Assembly: GCA_963768885.1 (NCBI GenBank)
Contig: CAVYJN010000006.1
Span: forward strand, 757,785 to 821,784
From: an uncultured Solirubrobacterales bacterium
GTDB taxonomy: Bacteria; Actinomycetota; Thermoleophilia; Solirubrobacterales; JBBDJG01
Reading direction: 5' to 3'
DNA length: 64,000 nucleotides
Below the pieces are notes generated by a model. The model did not search any database, was not told the DNA's origin, and was given only the letters and a program-made list of their open reading frames with translations. Position 1 is the stretch's first letter. Each line of letters begins with the position of its first letter. This document shows, piece after piece, positions 10,912 through 20,670 of this stretch. The position numbers and the translations under genes were made by a program.

Positions 10912-12126
10912 CTACTCGTTCAATACCCCGGCGCGCAGCTCCGACAGGCGCACGACCTCGCGCTCGAGGCGCTTGCGATCGGTGATGTCGTGGATGAAGG
11001 CATGGAACGAGAAGCCGCCGCGCACCTTCAGCGCGGTGATGCTGAGCTCGACCGGGAACTCCGTGCCGTCGCGATGGAGCGCGGGCAGCTCGACCCGGCT
11101 GTTGAGCATCGGTCCCTTGCCGGTGCGCAGGAACTGCTCGAGCCCGCGGTTGTGCGCATCGCGATAGCGCTCGGGGATCATCACGTCCGCGAGCTGTCTT
11201 CCGATCGCCTTCGCGGGCGGCCAGCCGAACATTTCCTCCGCTGCCTTGTTCCACGCCGTGATCTTGCCCGTCTGGTCCATCGAGACGAACGCCTCGCGCG
11301 CGCCGTCGATGATCTGGCCGACGCGGTCCTTGCTCTCCTTCAGCGCCTGCTCCGCGACCTTGCGGGCCGTGATGTCCGTGGAGATGCCGCACACGCCGTA
11401 GGCCTTGCCGGTCGCGTCGTGCAGCGGGAACTTCACCGATATATAGGTGTGGTCGCCGTCGTCCTCGCGCGCGATCTCCTCGACCTCGACCGGGGCGTCC
11501 TCCTTCAGCACGCGCCGATCGCTCGCGCGGTAGGCGTCCGCCTGGTAGGTCGGGAACACCTCGCGGTCCTTCTTGCCGACGATCTTCTGGCCCTTGGTGC
11601 CGTACAGCTCCTCGAAGCGCTTGTTGACGAGCATGTACCTGCCGTCGCGGTCCTTCAGGTAGATCACCGCAGTGCTGTTGTCGAGGATCGCCTGGAGCTG
11701 CTGCTCGCGTTTGAGGACGATGTCGTAGGTGGCCTGCAGGCGGGTCGAGAAGTTGCCGAGGATCGACCCGAGCAGGAAGAACGCGACGCCGCGCGTGGTG
11801 TAGCCGATCGCGCTCACGTCCGCGCCCGTGGCGACGTTCGTGACGGCGAACAGGCCGAGCCCGCAGGCGGCAGCGGCGGCGCCGGCGGTCGCGCCGAACT
11901 TGATCGCGACGAGCGCGATCGGCAGCACGTAAAGCACGGCGACGGCCTCGGCGGGGTCGTCGACGAGCAAGCCCAGGCCGAAGATCCCGATGAAGAGGGC
12001 GCCCGCGGAGGCGAGGGTCAGGGCGCGCTCGGTCTGGGATGAGCGCTGGGGCAGCCGCGACAGCAGCCGCTTGTGAGGCGGAGGCTTCTTCGATCCTTTG
12101 TGCAACGACCCGGCTCGTGCGTCCAT
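10912..12126 (-). CDS. Membrane-anchored tandem-PAS sensor protein with no recognisable output domain
   Basis: There are about four N-terminal TM helices (ALTLASAGALFIGIFGLGLLV...), followed by two PAS-like units (LQAILDNSTAVIYLKDRDGRYMLVN... and VGQIIDGAREAFVSMDQTGKITAWNKAAEEMFGW...). The start was chosen at the ATG at 12126 (MDARAGS...), because the ORF-track start at 12270 adds an implausible Arg-rich leader. Confidence 0.7.
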   Translation of the reverse strand: MDARAGSLHKGSKKPPPHKRLLSRLPQRSSQTERALTLASAGALFIGIFGLGLLVDDPAEAVAVLYVLPIALVAIKFGATAGAAAAACGLGLFAVTNVATGADVSAIGYTTRGVAFFLLGSILGNFSTRLQATYDIVLKREQQLQAILDNSTAVIYLKDRDGRYMLVNKRFEELYGTKGQKIVGKKDREVFPTYQADAYRASDRRVLKEDAPVEVEEIAREDDGDHTYISVKFPLHDATGKAYGVCGISTDITARKVAEQALKESKDRVGQIIDGAREAFVSMDQTGKITAWNKAAEEMFGWPPAKAIGRQLADVMIPERYRDAHNRGLEQFLRTGKGPMLNSRVELPALHRDGTEFPVELSITALKVRGGFSFHAFIHDITDRKRLEREVVRLSELRAGVLNE

Positions 12127-12323
12127 GTTCCCCTGCTTGGATGAGCTTACTCCAGCCCTCACCCGTACTACCCGCGACCGCTGCTTAGTGCCTGCATTTT
12201 CCCGATACCCGCGCCCGAACAACTGTCGCGGCCGGACGGGAACCCGGCCTATAATCGAAACGCGGGGCAAGGAGGATCGTCACGCGTCACCCGGCAGCAG
12301 GGGCCTTCGAAGGGGATAACGGA

Positions 12324-14393
12324 TTGTTCGCAACAACTCGTTTCCGCATCTGCGGAATCGCTTTCCTGATCTTGGCATTCGCGTGCGCGGCAGCGCCCGC
12401 GAACGCCGCGCTGCCCTCGGACTGGGGCTCGGGAAGCATGCAGCCCGTGCCCTCCAGCGCGGGAGAGCGCTTCGGCGAGTCGATCGTGAACGCGGGCGAC
12501 CTGAACGGCGACGGCCGGGACGACATCGTGGTGGGCGCCCCCGACTTCGCGGTCGGGCCCGGCATCACCGGGCGCGTCTTCGCATTCGGGTCCAACGGGG
12601 CTGCGATCTGGGATGCGCCGGCCGTGGCGCCCTCGCCCCAGGCCGAGAACCGGCCCGCCAGCACGCCCACCAGATTCGGGGCGAAGGTCGCCCGCCTCGG
12701 CGACATCGGCCGCTGTCAGTCGACCGGTGAGAACTGCACCGTCGGCGCTCCCGACGGCCGCTCGGAGATCGTGGTGGCGGCGCCGGGCACCGACACCGGC
12801 GACGTCGCCGGCGAGGACCAGGGCGCCGTCTACGTGCTCGACGGGGCGACGGGGAAGATCCTGAAGCGGGTTCAGCTGGCGGAGCTTCCCTTCTCCGGCA
12901 GCGCGGGCTTCGGCAAGTCGCTGTCGGCGATGGCGGGCGAGCCGGCGTGCGCCGGCTTCGGCGGTGTCGGGCCGTGTCCGTACCCGCTGGACTCGGCGAT
13001 GGCGATCGGTGACGTCAACGCGGGCGGCGAGGCCGACTTCGCGGTGGGTGCCCCTGACTTCAGCGAGACCGATACGACGCTCGAGGGCGTCTGCCCGAGC
13101 ACCTGCCCGAACGTCGGGCGCGTGTACGTGTTCTTCGGAGAGGCCGTGACCGGTTCGTCTACGGCCCCGCTCACGGAGTCCGACGAGGCCGCGAAGACGA
13201 TCACGTTCCACGGCGAGATCGGCACCGGGGAGCCGCCGCGATTCGGAGCCGCGCTGAGTCCACTGGGCGACGTCGGTACATGTGACCAGGCAACTTTCCC
13301 GTGCTCGCCCTCGGATGCGCTCAACGACCTGCCGGACCTGTCCGTCAGCGCGCCCGGGGACGACACGGCTGTCACCGACGCGGGTGCCGCCTACATCGTG
13401 GACCCGGCGGTGAACGCGGTCTTGACCAGGCTCGCGGACCCGCAGCCCGTCGAGGGCGGCGCGTTCGGGTCCTTCGCGCAGGCCTACCCCGCGATGGGCG
13501 ACCTCGATGACGACGGCTATCCCGACGCCTTCGTGGGCGCGCAGCTCGGTGCAGGCGCCGCCGTCCTGTTCGCGGGCGACGTGCTCGCGCCGTCGGCGAT
13601 CGCGTCCTTCACGGACCCGGCGCCGGTGAGCGGTGGCGCTTTCGGCGCCGCGGCGGCGGGCCTGGGCGACATCGCCGGCGACGCGCCTGCCGAGATCGCG
13701 CTGGGCGCGCCCGGCGGAGCACGCGCGGGCGCGGTGCACATCGCGAGCGCGTGCGCCAACACGATCCTGCGCACGATCGTTCCTCCTGAGAACCCGCCCG
13801 CGGTGGGCTTCGGGACCTCGATCGCCCCGATCGGCGATCGCAACGGCGACGGCTTCATCGACCTCGCGGTGGGCGCGCCGGGCTCCGACGCCGGCGCCGG
13901 CCGCGTCTACACCTTCACGAGCACCGGTTCGGCCGGGGCGCCGTTCGCGGGGTGCGGCGGCCCGACCGGCGGCGGCGACACCGGCGGCGGCACCGCCGCC
14001 GGCGGGTCGGGGTCCACCGGCGCGGGGAAGGCGCCCCCGAAGGTTCGCGCCCGCGTGCTGCGGCGCCTGACGATGAAGCCCAGCAGGCGCTCGCTGAAGC
14101 GTGGCGGGCTGGTGCGGTTCAAGGGAAGCCTGAGAGCCAGCGCGGGCCAGCCGGGTTGCCAGCGCCGCCAGAAGATCGCGATCCAGCGGCGGAAGGTGAG
14201 CGGCGGGCGCTTCCAGACGTTCGACGTCGCGGTCACCGCCCGCAGCGGCGCCTTCACCGCCTCCTTCCGGCCCGGCCGAAGCTACGTCTACCGGGCCCGC
14301 GTCGCGCAGACCAGCGGCTGCATGGGGGCCACGTCGAACCGCGCCAAGGTGGTCGTCAAGCGCGCTTCCCGAGCCTCTCGGGCGCGGCGCTGA
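12324..14393 (+). CDS. Secreted FG-GAP (integrin-alpha-like beta-propeller) repeat protein with a Gly-rich linker and a basic Ig-like C-terminal domain
   Basis: It has a signal peptide (...FLILAFACAAAPANA). FG-GAP motifs recur: FGESIVNAGDLNGDGRDDIVVGAP, IGDVNAGGEADFAVGAP, MGDLDDDGYPDAFVGA, IGDRNGDGFIDLAVGAP. The start is a TTG after an AAGGGGA RBS. Confidence 0.8.
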   Translation: MFATTRFRICGIAFLILAFACAAAPANAALPSDWGSGSMQPVPSSAGERFGESIVNAGDLNGDGRDDIVVGAPDFAVGPGITGRVFAFGSNGAAIWDAPAVAPSPQAENRPASTPTRFGAKVARLGDIGRCQSTGENCTVGAPDGRSEIVVAAPGTDTGDVAGEDQGAVYVLDGATGKILKRVQLAELPFSGSAGFGKSLSAMAGEPACAGFGGVGPCPYPLDSAMAIGDVNAGGEADFAVGAPDFSETDTTLEGVCPSTCPNVGRVYVFFGEAVTGSSTAPLTESDEAAKTITFHGEIGTGEPPRFGAALSPLGDVGTCDQATFPCSPSDALNDLPDLSVSAPGDDTAVTDAGAAYIVDPAVNAVLTRLADPQPVEGGAFGSFAQAYPAMGDLDDDGYPDAFVGAQLGAGAAVLFAGDVLAPSAIASFTDPAPVSGGAFGAAAAGLGDIAGDAPAEIALGAPGGARAGAVHIASACANTILRTIVPPENPPAVGFGTSIAPIGDRNGDGFIDLAVGAPGSDAGAGRVYTFTSTGSAGAPFAGCGGPTGGGDTGGGTAAGGSGSTGAGKAPPKVRARVLRRLTMKPSRRSLKRGGLVRFKGSLRASAGQPGCQRRQKIAIQRRKVSGGRFQTFDVAVTARSGAFTASFRPGRSYVYRARVAQTSGCMGATSNRAKVVVKRASRASRARR

Positions 14394-14499
14394 GCGTGTG
14401 CCGGACGCACGGAACCGGACGAAAAACCGCTGTATATGCGGCTTTGCCTTTGGTACCCTCGTCTTACCCGGGTTGCCCTAGGAGGGGGTCCGTCGATCG

Positions 14500-15945
14500 A
14501 TGAGTAGCCGCCTACGAGCTGGAGTCGCCGTGTGCGCAGTGCTCGTGCCTCTGGTGGCAGGGGCGCAGGCTGCACAGGCATGTACCGAACCTGTCCTTCA
14601 GGACACGTTCCCATACGCGACCGCCGGGCAGCTCGTCCCGCTGGGCCTGACCGGCGTCACGCCGGGCACCGAGTACCTCGTAAAGGTCAACGGCCGTGAG
14701 GTGAAGCAGGGCGTCGCCGAAAGCGACGTGGTGCAGCGCAAGTTCCGCATGCCGAAGCTCGGGGACAAGCGCCGCGACGCGCGCGTCGTCGTGGTGCTCG
14801 CCAACGACGGCTGCGAGAACAGCCCGTGGAAGATGAAGCAGGAGCTTGGATACCGCCCGCCGGCCGCGCAGCCGAAGGCCACGCAGGAGCCCGCGACGCC
14901 GCCGGCGACGCAGCCGCAGCCGCAGCAAAGCAATCCCGCGCCCGCTCCCACGCCGGCACCCGCCATCTCGAGCCCGGCGCCGAAGCCCGTCAAGCCCGTG
15001 CAGACCAAGCCCTTCATCCCGAAGCAGCCCGCCGGGGTGGTCGGCGAGCCGTCGAAGGACGCCCGCGCCTGGCTCACGCCGTTGGACGTCTACTCGCGCA
15101 GCTCGGAGGCTCCGCCCCAACCGGCGCGCGACCCGCTCGACCGCAAGACCGAGGACGCCAACAGCACGGCCGCCTTGATCGGGCTTGCCGGCCTCTTCAT
15201 CCTCGTGTCGGGCATCGCCTCGCTTGCGTGGACGCGGTTCCGCCGCTACGACGACGAGCAGCTCTCCGCCCTCCTCAACCCTGAGGGCAAGCTGCCGGCG
15301 CTGCTCGACGACAAGGCAGCCGACCTCGGCACGGAAGGCATGACCGGCGCGGCCGGAGCGATCGCGGCCGCCGACGCGGACAGGGCCACGGAGGACAAGG
15401 CGGACAGGACGCGCGCAGACGAGATTGCAGCGACGCAGGCGCAGATGACGCCGCGGCCCGCGGTCCCGGCCACGAACATCAAGGCGCCGATCGTGCCGCC
15501 CGCCGGGATCCCGTCCGCCGCACCCGGCGAGGCGCCCACCGAGATGCAGCCGGTCGTCGCTTCGCACGCCGAGAGCGCGCCCGCCAACGGCAACGGTTCG
15601 CACGTGAACGGGACCAACGGCGCACACGTCGCCAACGGCGCGCACGCGGGGAACGGCGGCCACGGGGCCGCATCCTCCTATCGCCAGGAGGTCGAGTCCG
15701 AGCTTCAGCGCATCCTGAACGAGGCCGGCCTGGACACCGAGCTCGAGGGCATCCTCACCGATGCGCGCGCCGAGGCCGAGCGCCAGGGAGTGCCGATGGA
15801 CTCCGACCTGATGCTCCGCGCACTCACCGACGAGACGGGCGGCTCGGCAAAGCTCTCGGACTCCGCCAAGGGCGAGCTGAAGCAGCGCTTCCAGCGGATC
15901 GCCGCCGAGGAGCGCGGCGATATCGGCCCAGCCGGCGACCAGTAG
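14500..15945 (+). CDS. Single-pass membrane protein with a Pro-rich extracellular spacer and an Asn/Gly/His-rich cytoplasmic tail (hypothetical)
   Basis: The ATG follows a GGAGGGGG RBS. It has a signal peptide (AVCAVLVPLVAGAQAAQA), a PAAQPKATQEPATPPATQPQPQQSNPAPAPTPAPA stretch and a TM helix (ALIGLAGLFILVSGIASLAW). Confidence 0.7.
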   Translation: MSSRLRAGVAVCAVLVPLVAGAQAAQACTEPVLQDTFPYATAGQLVPLGLTGVTPGTEYLVKVNGREVKQGVAESDVVQRKFRMPKLGDKRRDARVVVVLANDGCENSPWKMKQELGYRPPAAQPKATQEPATPPATQPQPQQSNPAPAPTPAPAISSPAPKPVKPVQTKPFIPKQPAGVVGEPSKDARAWLTPLDVYSRSSEAPPQPARDPLDRKTEDANSTAALIGLAGLFILVSGIASLAWTRFRRYDDEQLSALLNPEGKLPALLDDKAADLGTEGMTGAAGAIAAADADRATEDKADRTRADEIAATQAQMTPRPAVPATNIKAPIVPPAGIPSAAPGEAPTEMQPVVASHAESAPANGNGSHVNGTNGAHVANGAHAGNGGHGAASSYRQEVESELQRILNEAGLDTELEGILTDARAEAERQGVPMDSDLMLRALTDETGGSAKLSDSAKGELKQRFQRIAAEERGDIGPAGDQ

Positions 15946-16007
15946 AGCAGCGCCGCGCGACCTCGCGCCGCGCGGGCGAGGCTAAGATTCCCGGTCCGCA
16001 CCACCGC

Positions 16008-16091
16008 GCGGGCGTGGTGAAATTGGTAGACACGCGGCGTTCAGGTCGCCGTGGGCGAAAGCCCATGGGGGTTCGAGTCCCTCCGCCCGCA
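16008..16091 (+). tRNA. tRNA-Leu (anticodon CAG), class II with a long variable arm; no encoded CCA
   Basis: Hand-folded. The acceptor is GCGGGCG/CGCCCGC and the D-region is GTGAAATTGGTAGACAC. The anticodon stem-loop is CGGCG-TTCAGGT-CGCCG, the variable arm GGGCGAAAGCCC, and the T arm GGGGG-TTCGAGT-CCCTC. Confidence 0.85.
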
Positions 16092-16141
16092 CTGGAACCG
16101 CCCGCCGCGGGCGGATGTCTAGAATCACCGTTCGCACGCAC

Positions 16142-16216
16142 GGCCCGTTCGTCTAGCCTGGCCTAGGACGCCGCCCTCTCACGGCGGAAACAGGGGTTCG
16201 AATCCCCTACGGGCTA
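16142..16216 (+). tRNA. tRNA-Glu (anticodon CUC)
   Basis: Hand-folded. The acceptor is GGCCCGT/ACGGGCT (G1-U72). The anticodon stem-loop is CCGCC-CTCTCAC-GGCGG and the T arm is AGGGG-TTCGAAT-CCCCT. Confidence 0.8.
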
Positions 16217-16220
16217 CCTC

Positions 16221-16246
16221 GCCCCGCCTACGTGGCGGGGCTTTTC
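16221..16246 (+). terminator. Intrinsic terminator after the tRNA pair
   Basis: The hairpin is GCCCCGCC-TACGT-GGCGGGGC, followed by TTTT. It overlaps the last codons of the convergent OsmC gene. Confidence 0.65.
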
Positions 16247-16737
16247 ATCTCGGCCTCGATCGGCGGCGGCGACACCAGCGTCTGCAGGACGGTGCAGTAG
16301 CGCTCGGTCTTCTCTTCGAGCGCGGCGAGCTGGTCCGGCGTCGCGCCCGGTGCGTCCACGTCGAAGCGCACGCGGATCTTCTCGAACCCGGCGCCGACCG
16401 ACTTGTCCACGCCCAGCGTGCCGCGCAGGTCGAGGTCGCCCTCCACATGGACCGCGATCGACCGGGTGGCTATGCCCATCGCCGTCGCGACCATCTGGCA
16501 CGTGAGCTGCGCGCAGGCGGCGAGCGCCCCGAGCAGCAGGTCGCCCGAGCACGCTGCGGTGCCGGGCCCGCCGACCCCGATGTGGGCCTGGGCCTCGTAG
16601 AGCGCGCGCCCGAGGTCCACGGAGCACGTCACGGGCGCGTCCGCCTGCGCGCCGCTCGCCTTGAGCGTGATGCGCGAGGCGGAGGGGTCCGCCCGGTATT
16701 GCTCCTTGAGCGGCTTCTGGGTCGCGCGCAGGTCCAC
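16228..16737 (-). CDS. OsmC/Ohr family peroxiredoxin-like protein
   Basis: The C-terminal portion of ORF 16228-17808 reads ...CSGDLLLGALAACAQLTCQMVATAMGI...VHVEGDLDLRG...EKTERYCTVLQTL, which is typical of OsmC. The GTG start at 16737 is a guess. Confidence 0.7.
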   Translation of the reverse strand: MDLRATQKPLKEQYRADPSASRITLKASGAQADAPVTCSVDLGRALYEAQAHIGVGGPGTAACSGDLLLGALAACAQLTCQMVATAMGIATRSIAVHVEGDLDLRGTLGVDKSVGAGFEKIRVRFDVDAPGATPDQLAALEEKTERYCTVLQTLVSPPPIEAEMKSPAT

Positions 16738-16763
16738 CGCTTGCGAGCGTAGCGCCTCGGCGG

Positions 16764-17676
16764 TTACGAGACCACCGACGCCACCAGCCCCCAGGCGAGC
16801 ACCGCGGCGGTCGAGTACACGATCGCCCCCGCGATGATCATGCGGTCGAGGCTGTAGGCGGCGACGAGCAGCAGGAGGTTGAGCCCGGTCGGCATCGCGG
16901 CCTGCACCAGGAACGCGTCCGGCACGTCGTGGATCAGCTCCGCGCACGCCGCAACCACCGCGACCGGCACGGTCAGCTTGACCGCGACAGCGGCGGCAAC
17001 CGGTCTCGTGAACGCGGGCGGGAAGCGGATCCGCGCGCCCGCTCCGGCGGTCGCGTAGACGCCGAGCGCGAAGAAGCCGAGCGGGGCGAGCGCGACGACC
17101 AGGACGTTGGCGGCGTCCACGGCCCAGTCCGGCGCGAGCGCATCGGGCGCCAGCAGGCCCGCGACGAGCGCGTACAGCGCCGGGTTGCGGGTGAGGAACG
17201 CGCGCAGCCCGCTCTCGCTCACGTGGCGCCGGTCGCGATGCGTCGCCCCGATCGCGAAGGCCACGAACAGCAACCACGGCGTCGACACGAGCTGGTCGTA
17301 GGTGATCGCCGCCGGGAGCGCGCCGGTCCCCAGCAGCGCGGCCGTGAACGGCAGCCCGAGGAAGCCCGTGTTCGCGTGGAACGTCGCGCACATGAACGCG
17401 CCGCGGGTGTGGCCCTCGAGCCGCAGCGGCCCGCGCGCGAGCAGCAACCCGGCGCCGAGCGCGGTCGCCAGCCCGAGGTAGGCGAACGCGAGCCCCGCTC
17501 CCACCTCGGCCGTCGGCTCGAACCGGGCGAAGTTGAAGAACGTCACGACGGGGACGATCGTCCAGAGGCTCACCCACAGCATCCCGTCGGCGATTCGCGG
17601 CGCGTTCGCGCGCCGCCGCGCGGTCAGCACGCCGGCGGCCGAGCCCGCGAGGATGACGGCGACGACGGCGAGCACC
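16764..17676 (-). CDS. AEC (auxin efflux carrier) family transporter
   Basis: About 10 TM segments throughout ORF 16764-17837. The GTG start at 17676 (VLAVVAVILAGSAAGV...) was chosen so that the CDS does not run into the riboswitch. Confidence 0.7.
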
Positions 17677-17724
17677 GTGGCAGGGTAGTGGCAGCGGGTC
17701 GCCGCGGCCGGTGCCGCGCGGGTA

Positions 17725-17910
17725 GACTGCGCGCCGAAGGTCGGTGGAAGGGAAGCCGGTGAGAATCCGGCGCGGTCCCGCCACTGTGACCGGGAGTGTC
17801 CGTCGCACCCGCGCCCCTCAGGACGGGCCGGAGCCACTGGGAAGCATCGCTTCCACGGGAAGGCGCGGCGGAATCAGCCCGGGAGCCAGGATACCTGCCT
17901 CCGGCCGACG
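17725..17910 (+). promoter_or_regulatory. Cobalamin (B12) riboswitch
   Basis: Conserved core GGUGGAAGGGAAGCCGGUGAGAAUCCGGCGCGGUCCCGCCACUGUGA (from 17743), GAGCCACUGGGAAG...CGGGAAGGCG, and B12-box-like AGCCCGGGAGCCAGGAUACCUGCC (~17875-17899). It lies 35-40 nt upstream of the ATG at 17944. Confidence 0.85.
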
Positions 17911-17943
17911 CCAATACGACCCTCGAGGAAGGGAAGGCTCAGA

Positions 17944-19731
17944 ATGCTCGTGAGGTTTTGCGCGCCGGCGGTGCTCGTCGCGCTCTTCGCATGCGCGGCC
18001 GCGCAGGCCGCTCCGGTCACGGTCAACCTCCGCGTGGAGGGCTCGTCCGCGACGATCTTCGAAGGCCCGGTCACGACCGACGGCAAGCAGATCGACAAGG
18101 GCGACGGCCCGCATCCCTGCGACGGCACCAACCTGGGAGCGAATCCCTCCGCGGGGCCGACGATGACCTCCGCGCTCGACGATGCGCCGATCACCGGCGG
18201 GTGGGGAGGCACATGGAACGCCGGCTTCCAGGACTTCGCCGTGGAGCGGATCGGCGGTGAGGCGCAGGACCCGGCGAGCTTGCGCTATTGGGGCTACGCG
18301 CTCAACTACCAGCTCCCGCAGGTGGGCGGCTGCCAGCAGCGCGTCGGCACCGGCGACGAGGTCCTCTACACGTTCGACTCGTTCGGCAAGCCGTTGCTGA
18401 GGCTGGACGGGCCCGTGCGTGCGGTGGTCGGCCAACCCGCGATCCTGACCGTCACCGACGGCACGACCGGTGCGCCGCTCGCCGGCGCCTCCATCGCCGG
18501 AGTGCCGGGTTCCACCGGCGCGGACGGCAGGGTCGGCGTCGCGTTTGCAACCGATGGCTTCAAGTCGCTCAAGGCCGAGCGCGCCGGATCCGTCCGCTCG
18601 AGCGCCCTGCGGATCTGCGTCGAGCAGCCAGGGTCGGGAACATGCGGCGGTGTCACGCGCGCGAATGACTCGGCAGCTCCGTCGGCCCGCATCAGCGGGC
18701 CGCGCGACAAGCGCACCTACCGCCGCGGGCCGCGCCTGCTGAAGGGCGTCGTCGGCGACGACCCGAGCGGCGTGCGCGACGTGAAGATCGCGCTGCGCAG
18801 GCACGCGCCGGGGCGCAGCTGCCAATGGTGGAGCGGCCGTCGCGAGCGCTTCGTCGGCACGAGCTGCAGGAAGGTGTTCTTCTTCTCGATCGGCTCGAAC
18901 CGCAAGTGGTCGTACCTGTTGCCGCGCGCGCTCCCGCGGGGCCGTTACGTGCTCGACGTGAAGGCGTTCGACGGGCGGCGCAACCGCGACGAGCGGTTCG
19001 TCCCGGGCCGCAACCGCGTCGAGTTCGAGGTGGTGCCGCGTCGCCGCGGCGCCGCCTCGGCTGCGCGCAGCGCCGGCGCGAAGGTGCAGGTGATGGTGGT
19101 GGGGAGGGCCGGCACGGTCGCCGAGGCCCGCACCGTGCGTGCGCGCCCGACGGTGGTCCGGGCGTCGGGGCGCGCCTGCAGGGTCTCGGGGTCGACCCCC
19201 CTGGCGGCGCTCGCGGCCGCCCTGAAGCTGCGCGGTGTGGGCTGGCACGTGAAGGACTTCGGGCGCTGCGCGCGCCGCGATGCGCGCAGCTCCGGTCAAT
19301 TGTTCGTGGACCGCGTCCGCGGCGAGCGCAACAAGGCCCAGGACGGCTGGGTCTACAAGGTCAACGACCTCGCGCGCAGCGCCGGCGCGGCCGACGTCGC
19401 GGGCGGCCGCCTGCGCGGGGGTGACCGCGTGCTGTGGTTCTACTGCTCGCTCGACCCGGCCGCCCGCAGCTGCCAGCGGTCGCTGCGAGTCGTCGCGGAC
19501 GAGGTCGATGGGCCGCCCGGCAGCACGCTGCCGGTGCGCGTCGAGGGATACGACGACCAGCGGCACAGGACGCCGGTGGCCGGCGCGACCGTCGCGCTCG
19601 GCTCCGAGACCGCGGTCTCGGACGCGGCCGGGCGCGCCGTGCTGAGGCGCCCCGCGCGCGGCTCGTATTCCCTCGTCGCGAGCGCGCCCGGCACGGCTCC
19701 TTCCTTTCCCGTGAAGGTCGTGGTGGGGTGA
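17944..19731 (+). CDS. Secreted multi-domain protein with DUF4430 (transcobalamin beta-domain-like) modules
   Basis: It has a signal peptide (...ALFACAAAQA/AP). DUF4430-type motifs are YWGYALNYQLPQVGGCQQRVGTGDEVLYTF and GWVYKVNDLARSAGAADVAGGRLRGGDRVLWFY. It is the first gene after the B12 riboswitch. Confidence 0.75.
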   Translation: MLVRFCAPAVLVALFACAAAQAAPVTVNLRVEGSSATIFEGPVTTDGKQIDKGDGPHPCDGTNLGANPSAGPTMTSALDDAPITGGWGGTWNAGFQDFAVERIGGEAQDPASLRYWGYALNYQLPQVGGCQQRVGTGDEVLYTFDSFGKPLLRLDGPVRAVVGQPAILTVTDGTTGAPLAGASIAGVPGSTGADGRVGVAFATDGFKSLKAERAGSVRSSALRICVEQPGSGTCGGVTRANDSAAPSARISGPRDKRTYRRGPRLLKGVVGDDPSGVRDVKIALRRHAPGRSCQWWSGRRERFVGTSCRKVFFFSIGSNRKWSYLLPRALPRGRYVLDVKAFDGRRNRDERFVPGRNRVEFEVVPRRRGAASAARSAGAKVQVMVVGRAGTVAEARTVRARPTVVRASGRACRVSGSTPLAALAAALKLRGVGWHVKDFGRCARRDARSSGQLFVDRVRGERNKAQDGWVYKVNDLARSAGAADVAGGRLRGGDRVLWFYCSLDPAARSCQRSLRVVADEVDGPPGSTLPVRVEGYDDQRHRTPVAGATVALGSETAVSDAAGRAVLRRPARGSYSLVASAPGTAPSFPVKVVVG

Positions 19732-20670
19732 TGCGCGTCCGCGCCGCCGCTCTGGTGGTTCTGGCGTCGCTGGTGCTGGGCGCGTGCAGCGTCGGCGCCG
19801 AGGACCCCAAGGAAGGCAGCGCGACGCTCACGGTGACGCGCGACTTCGGGGCGAAGCGGCTGCTCGCGGCGCGCGAGGACCCGATCCCCGGCGGCGAGAC
19901 CGTGATCAGGGCACTTTCGCGCAAGGCCGACGTGGAGACGCGCTACGGCGGGAGGTTCGTGAACGCGATCGAGGGGACCCGCTCGGCCGCCGGGGGCGGC
20001 GCGCGGCGCGACTGGTTCTACTTCGTGAACGGCATCGAGGCGGACAAGGGCGCGGCGGAGCAGGAGGTCGTACGCGGGCGATCGCATCTGGTGGGACTAC
20101 CGCGACTGGGGCGCGGCGATGCGCGTGCCCGCGGTGGTGGGATCGTTCCCCGAGCCGTTCGTGCACGGCCTCGAGGGCAAGCGCTTCCCGGTGCGCCTGG
20201 ATTGCGCGTCGGACGCGCAGGACCAGTGCGACGCGGTCCGCGACCGCCTCGAGGCGGTCGGGATCGAGACCGCGATCGCGGCGCTCGGCACGGCGGCGGG
20301 CAAGGACCTCCTGCGCGTGGTCGTCGGGGAGTGGGGGGACGTGCGCGACGATGCGGCCGCGAGCGAGCTCGAGGAGGGCCCGCAGAAGAGCGGCGTGTTC
20401 GCACGCCTGCGCCCGTCCGGGGGCGGATACCGGCTCGAGCTGCTCGACGCGCGCGGGCGGCCGGCCGGCGTGCTGGGCGGCGGGGCGGGGATCGTCGCGG
20501 CGACGCGCTTCGAGGAGCAGCAGCCGACGTGGGTCGTGTCCGGGACCGACGAGGCCGGGCTCGACCGCGCGGTCGCGCTGCTCGACAGGGCCGCGCTGCG
20601 CGACCGCTTCGCCGTCGCCACCTCCGCCGCCGGGCCGCAGCCGCTGCCGGTGACAGGCGCGAGCCGATGA
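19731..20670 (+). pseudogene. DUF4430-domain lipoprotein. One frame break as sequenced at ~20068-20071.
   Basis: The ATG overlaps the upstream stop (TGATG). The lipobox is LVLGAC. The DUF4430 motif DWFYFVNGIEADKGAAEQEV | YAGDRIWWDYRDWG is split by the break and continues in ORF 20119-20670. Confidence 0.75.

Noticed and set aside
12250-12255. Perfect TATAAT hexamer in the divergent intergenic region between the PAS and FG-GAP genes
   Set aside because: It is striking in ~70% GC DNA and lies ~70 nt upstream of the TTG start at 12324. However, I see no convincing -35 element 17 bp upstream, so I cannot support a promoter call.
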